IMG/VR virus record: IMGVR_UViG_3300021600_000007 | Location: 1 to 52,801 of that record | DNA: 52,801 nt | From: a virus | Taxonomy: Duplodnaviria; Caudoviricetes | Strand: one strand, 5' to 3' | Program-made: the position numbers and the translations under genes | Shown: piece after piece, positions 47,277 to 52,801 of the stretch | Numbering within the stretch: position 1 is the first letter of the stretch | Layout: every line of letters starts with the position of its first letter | Notes under the pieces: model-generated | Seen by the model: the letters and a program-made list of their open reading frames with translations, nothing else | Told to the model about the DNA's origin: nothing | Databases searched by the model: none

Positions 47277-47350
47277 TTTTTTAATATCTAATAGTTTATT
47301 TATAGTCAAAATAATAGGTTTTTCCCTTCTGGTGTAAATAGAATCGACAT

Positions 47351-47809
47351 TTATTCTGAATTTTTTTCAATTAATTTGTAAAGTTCTGTAAGTAAATCTA
47401 AATCAGATTTAGAATAAGTCATTCCAACTTCAAATATTTCATTTAAAAATTTTGAGATTGATTTTTTGAGATTACTTTCAGTTTGATTATAAAAAGTATC
47501 AATAAAAAAAGATTGGAAATACTCTTTATGGTCTCCGTCAGACTTAATTATAATGTTTTCCCTTTTAAAATTTTTAATTACTTTGTTCCAACACCATTCA
47601 AAATGAGAAAGATTATCTTCGTTGGATAGAGATATTTTGGTTTCAGATGTATTGTCACCTAAATAAGTGTCCATAATAATTTGATTCAATGACTTGAAAA
47701 AATCACCATATAGGTCAATTTTTTCATAAGTCATATTATGAATATTAAACCAAATTATTATTTCATCTTTAGGCAAGGGCTTGGTCATCCAATTAAAAAA
47801 ATTCTCCAT
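47351..47809 (-). CDS. hypothetical protein
   Basis: 152 aa; TYLGD..HFEWCW motif. Confidence 0.7.
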   Translation of the reverse strand: MENFFNWMTKPLPKDEIIIWFNIHNMTYEKIDLYGDFFKSLNQIIMDTYLGDNTSETKISLSNEDNLSHFEWCWNKVIKNFKRENIIIKSDGDHKEYFQSFFIDTFYNQTESNLKKSISKFLNEIFEVGMTYSKSDLDLLTELYKLIEKNSE

Positions 47810-47859
47810 AGAGTATGAGTCTATGGAGAATGTAATACAATTTTAATAAATGTGAATTT

Positions 47860-49449
47860 TTATTGAGTTTTTCTGTTGTATGAAATTAAATTTTTCATTT
47901 TTTGTAAATCCTCGTTAATGATTTTTGTCGCTTTAGCTTCAGTAGATTCTAATTGATTCATTATTTTTTCTGCTTTACCTGTTGAGTTTGACTTAATACT
48001 TTTAAGAGAACCATTTTGTTTTTTAGAACCCGCAACATCAACTGGTTGTGGTTGTCTTTTATAAGAAACATTCATTTGTTCTGCCCCATATAAGTTTTCA
48101 TCAAAATTTTTCTTAAATCTATCTCCCACTTTTTCACTTCTTTTTGAAACGTTTCCTAACGCTTTGCCATCTTTACTTGTAATAGCATTACCATTTTTAG
48201 AATCACCTTTAATTTGTTTTGTAATCATTTCATCATCAGGTTTAATTTCATCATAAACAAGATTAGTCATACCAGGATAAGAAAACGCCTCAATATACTC
48301 TTCAACAGCATCAGATGGATGATATTTCATTTCATTGTGTTCTTTTTCCATATCATAATTACTTTGAGGGAAATCATCTGGATTCTCTTCATATCCTTTA
48401 CCACCCATATACATATCCTTCATGTAATCTTTCATTTTCTTGACAACTTCTTTACTGTAGTTGTCATTTTCTTTTTTACTTTCACCTTGAGCTTTTTCAG
48501 TTTTCTTTAAACCTTGAGGCTTATTTAAACTGAAATTATTTTTTTCTGATGGGTCTTTAACAATTTGTTCTTTTACAATTTTTTCAATCATGTTAATTAA
48601 CTCGTCCTCACTGAAAGACAAAGTATTTTTACTCTCATTAAGACCACCTAAAGTTAATGCCATATTAACTTGTTTTAATAACTTAGAATCTGCATCAGAC
48701 AATTTCTTATCACCTTTAGCCTTTAACATTAAATCTTTTTTAATTGAATTTAATTTTGATTTTGGTATTTTATTACCTTCAGGGATTCCTAAAGCTTTAT
48801 GTAATCCACCTTTTTTCATGTTAGCCTTTTGAATAAATTTGTCTTCAGATTCATCCATTCTTTTCTCACCTTTAACGTGATATGTTTCACCGTCAACTTC
48901 AAAAGTATCTTCACCATCTTCTATTGCCTGAGCTCTTGCTCCTGAAAAAGCGTTACCTTCAGTTGCTTCATCTTCTTCTAATTGAGACCAGTCAGTTTCA
49001 ACGTCCAATTCTTCTTCGTCTTCATCACCGTTAAATCTATTTCTTATAGCATCTTTAACTTTACTGATAATTTTATTATCTTTTAATCCTCTACCAACAT
49101 AAGTTGGTTCGTTCTGAGACATTTCTTCAGCCTCTTCATCTTCTTCCTCATCACCATGATACTGACCATAATTATCGTCTTCATCATCCTCTAAATCAAG
49201 TTCCATAAAATATTCTTCAACTTGCCCTTTATGAGTTTTTGCATCTCTTAATTTTTTGAAGTCGGCTGCAGTAATCTTACCTTTAGGTTCTGCAACGTCA
49301 ATTTTAGATTGACCACCTGTAAGTTCTTCATCCATTTCAATTTCTTCCCACTCACCTTTATTTTCCATTATTTTTCTAACTTTAGAGTCAATTTCTTCAC
49401 TAAGAATTTTTGAAACTAATTTATCGATATCATTTTGAAAGTCTTTCAT
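47860..49449 (-). CDS. large acidic modular protein, probably virion/head-associated
   Basis: short modules separated by Glu-rich linkers; TATTTAT upstream. Confidence 0.65.
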   Translation of the reverse strand: MKDFQNDIDKLVSKILSEEIDSKVRKIMENKGEWEEIEMDEELTGGQSKIDVAEPKGKITAADFKKLRDAKTHKGQVEEYFMELDLEDDEDDNYGQYHGDEEEDEEAEEMSQNEPTYVGRGLKDNKIISKVKDAIRNRFNGDEDEEELDVETDWSQLEEDEATEGNAFSGARAQAIEDGEDTFEVDGETYHVKGEKRMDESEDKFIQKANMKKGGLHKALGIPEGNKIPKSKLNSIKKDLMLKAKGDKKLSDADSKLLKQVNMALTLGGLNESKNTLSFSEDELINMIEKIVKEQIVKDPSEKNNFSLNKPQGLKKTEKAQGESKKENDNYSKEVVKKMKDYMKDMYMGGKGYEENPDDFPQSNYDMEKEHNEMKYHPSDAVEEYIEAFSYPGMTNLVYDEIKPDDEMITKQIKGDSKNGNAITSKDGKALGNVSKRSEKVGDRFKKNFDENLYGAEQMNVSYKRQPQPVDVAGSKKQNGSLKSIKSNSTGKAEKIMNQLESTEAKATKIINEDLQKMKNLISYNRKTQ

Positions 49450-49472
49450 TTTGTATTTTTATTATAAATATC

Positions 49473-50123
49473 TTATTTTATTCTTTTGTTTAGTATTTCA
49501 TACTCATGTTCCAAAATTGTCTTTACGACATTAGGACTGACACCCATTTTTTTAGCAACAATATTAATTGCTTCTTTAACAGATTCGTTTTTACTAATTT
49601 TTAAATTATTAATATCACCCTGATTACAGTATGGAAATTTAGTACACTTCTTTTTAATTTTTACAAACCCACCTCCAGGATATTGTGTTTTTCTACTTGG
49701 TCCCCAATCTTTCTTACTTGTTGATTTAGCCCACATTGATGGTGATTCATATCCACCCACAGAACCTGATGTCGTGGCTTCTTTAGCTTCAACTTTCTCA
49801 ACATCACTTTCTTTCAATCCTGGTGTTTCAGACCTACTTTTTTCCCAAAATTCATCATTGTCACCTCCACCAAATACAGGTCCTGAATAAGCTCCTGATG
49901 AACCTGAGCCTGTAGCCTCTTTAGTTTCTGATTTATTCTTCTTTAATTTTTTACTTTTATTTAAAAAAGTTTCATATTTATTTCCATCTTCGTCAACTTC
50001 TTCAGTAAAACTTGATTTGTATTTTAATGCATCTCCCATAGTAGTTAGATTTAATTTAACATTTGGTTGAGTTGTATATGCTTTATCTATAGCATTTTTA
50101 AATTGATTTGCCGAACTTTCCAT
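49473..50123 (-). CDS. hypothetical protein with EAT..GS.G.Y repeats
   Basis: EATGSGSSGAY / EATTSGSVGGY; KCTKFPYCNQGD. Confidence 0.7.
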   Translation of the reverse strand: MESSANQFKNAIDKAYTTQPNVKLNLTTMGDALKYKSSFTEEVDEDGNKYETFLNKSKKLKKNKSETKEATGSGSSGAYSGPVFGGGDNDEFWEKSRSETPGLKESDVEKVEAKEATTSGSVGGYESPSMWAKSTSKKDWGPSRKTQYPGGGFVKIKKKCTKFPYCNQGDINNLKISKNESVKEAINIVAKKMGVSPNVVKTILEHEYEILNKRIK

Positions 50124-50125
50124 GA

Positions 50126-50371
50126 TTAAGCGTTTTTAAGTCTTGGCTCCCAATAACTACGGTTCATCCACATAAATTGGTAAAATTCACGGAACATTCT
50201 TAGGGTTATTTCTTTTACTTCACCAGTAAGTTTTCCCTTTTTAATCTCTTTTGTGATTCTATCCATCAATTTGTCTTCAAATTGTTTAAGGGTACTATTA
50301 TCCATAAAGCTTCTAATTTCTTTACGAATCATTGTTTCGATTTCTTTTTTATCAGTTGTAGTAAGTGCCAT
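50126..50371 (-). CDS. hypothetical protein
   Basis: 81 aa ORF. Confidence 0.65.
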   Translation of the reverse strand: MALTTTDKKEIETMIRKEIRSFMDNSTLKQFEDKLMDRITKEIKKGKLTGEVKEITLRMFREFYQFMWMNRSYWEPRLKNA

Positions 50372-50784
50372 TATTTTACAATTAAAAGTGCCGTTAATAG
50401 TGCAATCACACTACCTGACAAGATAGATGTGAATTTATGTTTTACTTTTTGTTTTTTTAAATCTTTTTCAAGTTTTTTTGAGTAGTCTTCCAAAATCACA
50501 TATTTTTGATTTTGAATCTCAATGTCTTTAAGATAATTGTCTTCTTTATGTTTCATATTACCAATGATACTATCTTGTATTTGAACTTTTTGTTCCGTTA
50601 AAACTAATAAAGAATCACTCAATTTTAATTGAGCTTTGGCTTCATCTCCAATTAACAAATCTTTCATGATTTGTTTTACAACAGGAACAGGAAAACATTT
50701 AACCTGATTATCGGTACCTGTTTGTGAAAAAGCTGTCAAGTTGAGCATCATTAAGCCCATCAACACGATTAATTTTTTCATCAT
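50371..50784 (-). CDS. signal-peptide coiled-coil protein with C-terminal TM (spanin-like candidate)
   Basis: MKKLIVLMGLMMLNLTAFSQ; overlaps upstream TM coiled-coil gene. Confidence 0.55.
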   Translation of the reverse strand: MMKKLIVLMGLMMLNLTAFSQTGTDNQVKCFPVPVVKQIMKDLLIGDEAKAQLKLSDSLLVLTEQKVQIQDSIIGNMKHKEDNYLKDIEIQNQKYVILEDYSKKLEKDLKKQKVKHKFTSILSGSVIALLTALLIVK

Positions 50785-51070
50785 ATACTTTCTTAACTAT
50801 GAGTTTTTCTTTCTTTATCGTTGATATGTTTTTATTTAAACCAATCAATTCTTTATTTAATACATTAATACAACTATCTAATTTTTTTTGTGATTTGATA
50901 ATCTCATCAAGTTTGTTATCAATTAACTCAATTTTGTATTTGTCTACTTCAGGCATTTTATTTTTTGGTGTTGTAAAATAAATTACCCAATATAAAACAA
51001 AGAGACAAATCAAAAATATGATTATCTCTTTATAATACTTAACCAAAAAATTTTTAACTGTTGTAAACAT
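50708..51070 (-). CDS. N-terminal TM coiled-coil protein (i-spanin-like candidate)
   Basis: TM helix + coiled coil, near amidase. Confidence 0.55.
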   Translation of the reverse strand: MFTTVKNFLVKYYKEIIIFLICLFVLYWVIYFTTPKNKMPEVDKYKIELIDNKLDEIIKSQKKLDSCINVLNKELIGLNKNISTIKKEKLIVKKVYDEKINRVDGLNDAQLDSFFTNRYR

Positions 51071-51657
51071 TATTCAGGGGATTCTTTTGTTTTCTTTCTA
51101 CTTGCAAGAACTTTACCCCATTTGGATTTGAACTTTTGGTAGAACTTTTGTAATTTATTAATCATAGTTAAAAAGTCTTCGTCAACTTTAACCATAGTAC
51201 CATTAATATAGATTCCACTATCTTCACCAATTGTAAATGTAAAATCAATATCTTGGTCTATAACTTTACCTGACCAATCTACATTGTTTGGATAAACATT
51301 TAATGTATCAAAATCAACTAAATCAGAAACCTCCTCAACAAACTCGTCCATACTTTCTTGGAACGCTACTTTTTCATCAGTTGTAATATCTAAGTCATTT
51401 TTATTTTTACCATGTAATGCTAAGATACCACCAGAAATTCTATACTTCTGTGTCTTATCATTTGACGTTCTTTGACCATCTTCAATATCGTCACCATCTT
51501 CTCTATCACTAACTGCAGTTTCATATTCTTGGTCTTGACCAATTCTTTGTTCAATGCTCGCAGCAACATTATCCTGAGCATCTTGCTCAAGTAACATTCT
51601 TGATTTCTTTAATAACGACTTAATCTCGTCGTACCTGTCATTGTGTGTGTTCGCCAT
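51070..51657 (-). CDS. hypothetical protein
   Basis: 195 aa ORF. Confidence 0.7.
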   Translation of the reverse strand: MANTHNDRYDEIKSLLKKSRMLLEQDAQDNVAASIEQRIGQDQEYETAVSDREDGDDIEDGQRTSNDKTQKYRISGGILALHGKNKNDLDITTDEKVAFQESMDEFVEEVSDLVDFDTLNVYPNNVDWSGKVIDQDIDFTFTIGEDSGIYINGTMVKVDEDFLTMINKLQKFYQKFKSKWGKVLASRKKTKESPE

Positions 51658-52246
51658 TTTCTATTAATTTAATAAAGTTTTGAAAATTAAAAGATGGATT
51701 TAAATCTGTGTATTTTCCGTCAAAATTGCTCTTTGAGACAATCCCTTCAAAATGTTCAACACCTTCAAATCTGGTGTTATGACCTATACACTTCTTTTTA
51801 ATCTTAAGTATTTCTGTTAAGTGCAAACACAATTCTGCGGTAGATTTAACTTGTTCCTCAGAATATGGTTCCCAAAAAAAGAAATCTCTCCATTTTTTTT
51901 CGTAAACCTCTTGATTATAAATACTTCCTTTCCAGTTAATGTGATAATTAGTTAATGGTTTCTTTTCTAACCATCCCAAATTTTCTAAACATACAATAAC
52001 AGAGTTTCGATTGATGTTATCTTCCACAAAAAAATTTGTGTGACCCTCATCAGGAAGTAGTTGAAGGACTTTACCATTTTTGGTAATGATATAATTAGGA
52101 ATTCTGTCATACTTGGAATTGTATCTAAAATTAAGGGAGGTCAAGTATTCCTCAACCTCCCTTGATGTATGACATAAAATTATTTGTTTTTTCTTTTTTT
52201 GTTTACCCGTTGTTTTGAAATTTCCGTAACTTTCAATATTAAGCAT
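51638..52246 (-). CDS. N-acetylmuramoyl-L-alanine amidase (Amidase_2-like)
   Basis: IILCHT, NYII.K.G.V.Q, NS..V.LEN.G, Y..EQ, IGHN, D.NP.F. Confidence 0.75.
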   Translation of the reverse strand: MLNIESYGNFKTTGKQKKKKQIILCHTSREVEEYLTSLNFRYNSKYDRIPNYIITKNGKVLQLLPDEGHTNFFVEDNINRNSVIVCLENLGWLEKKPLTNYHINWKGSIYNQEVYEKKWRDFFFWEPYSEEQVKSTAELCLHLTEILKIKKKCIGHNTRFEGVEHFEGIVSKSNFDGKYTDLNPSFNFQNFIKLIENGEHTQ

Positions 52247-52801
52247 CTCGTCTACTGTAATTTAACCTTCTTACTTGGTCTTCATTTATTGGGTTAGAAG
52301 TTTCCTCAGTTAAGTTACCAAATTTTTGTTCGTTAACTCGTCTTAATTCTTCCTCAAGTCTTTGTAAATCGTCTTGAGTTGGAGTGTACTTTTCTTTTTC
52401 AACTTCAGCTTCTTTCTTTCCTGCTTCGGTACTCAATGCTTCGATATCAATATCAGGTTTAGGAGATTCGGTTTTTCCCTCTTCCTCAAATTTAACTAAC
52501 ATGTGTAAAAAGGACAGAGAAATTATTGGTAACATACCTCCTGCAAATAATGCCAAGAATCTTTTGTGTCCAATAGGGTCTCCTGATTCAACACCAAGAT
52601 AACTAACCACTGGGTCAACCAAATCAACCCAATCTTTAAACGCTTTTGCATCAACATCAATATATTGATAAGCAAAGAAAATATTACCGATAAATTGAAT
52701 AAAGGTTACGATACCAAATGGGATATAAACTTTTTTACCCATATTTGCAGATATTGCGGCAACCGCAGATAATGCTGCAATCTCAATACCAATTGATAGA
52801 T
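52239..52801 (-). CDS. multi-TM membrane protein (5' end beyond window)
   Basis: frame stays open upstream of 52742 to window end; several TM helices. Confidence 0.65.
   Translation of the reverse strand, partial: LSIGIEIAALSAVAAISANMGKKVYIPFGIVTFIQFIGNIFFAYQYIDVDAKAFKDWVDLVDPVVSYLGVESGDPIGHKRFLALFAGGMLPIISLSFLHMLVKFEEEGKTESPKPDIDIEALSTEAGKKEAEVEKEKYTPTQDDLQRLEEELRRVNEQKFGNLTEETSNPINEDQVRRLNYSRRDA

Noticed and set aside
66-52602. Numerous short antisense/overlapping ORFs in the track (e.g. 66-464, 557-793, 9593-9994, 13309-13557, 20032-20334, 34404-34787, 44061-44405, 48214-48510)
   Set aside because: Shadows of longer, motif-bearing genes, with atypical composition and no promoter context.
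1-52801. Stop-codon reassignment as in some large phages
   Set aside because: Recognisable genes are full length in the standard code, and TAA, TAG and TGA all act as stops at sensible gene ends.
1-52801. Bacterial chromosome origin (dnaJ, trxA, smpB, glnII present)
   Set aside because: These genes are scattered among phage-type hypotheticals, endolysin, DUF3310 and DUF932, with no bacterial operon context.

Overview
AT-rich, gene-dense segment of a large (jumbo-type) tailed phage genome, almost certainly infecting a Bacteroidota host. The evidence is many TAnnTTTG/TTTG host-type promoters, a T9SS type-B substrate and an Hc1-like protein. No core capsid or replication genes lie in the window. 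It carries accessory, host-takeover and probable virion-associated genes: SmpB, initiator tRNA-Met, glutamine synthetase II, DnaJ, Trx/Grx, two DNA methyltransferases, three peptidoglycan hydrolases, and LpxH-like, GT2, cytidylyltransferase and PAP2 enzymes. The most striking observation is two paralogous genes (9743-10822 and 12826-13887) whose C-terminal two-thirds are CRISPR-like arrays. These have 36-nt repeats resembling type VI-B direct repeats and mostly 30/33-nt unique spacers, are read entirely in frame, decay in a polarised way and share one identical spacer. Also notable are a ~900-nt promoter-to-terminator non-coding RNA (GOLLD-like) next to the tRNA, a ~170-nt closed-stem RNA behind a coiled-coil gene, a second (TATTTAT) promoter class coupled to a shared N-terminal 'I.TE.QL' tag, and a degenerate MetK-like protein. 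All family calls come from motif recognition by eye, with no database searches.
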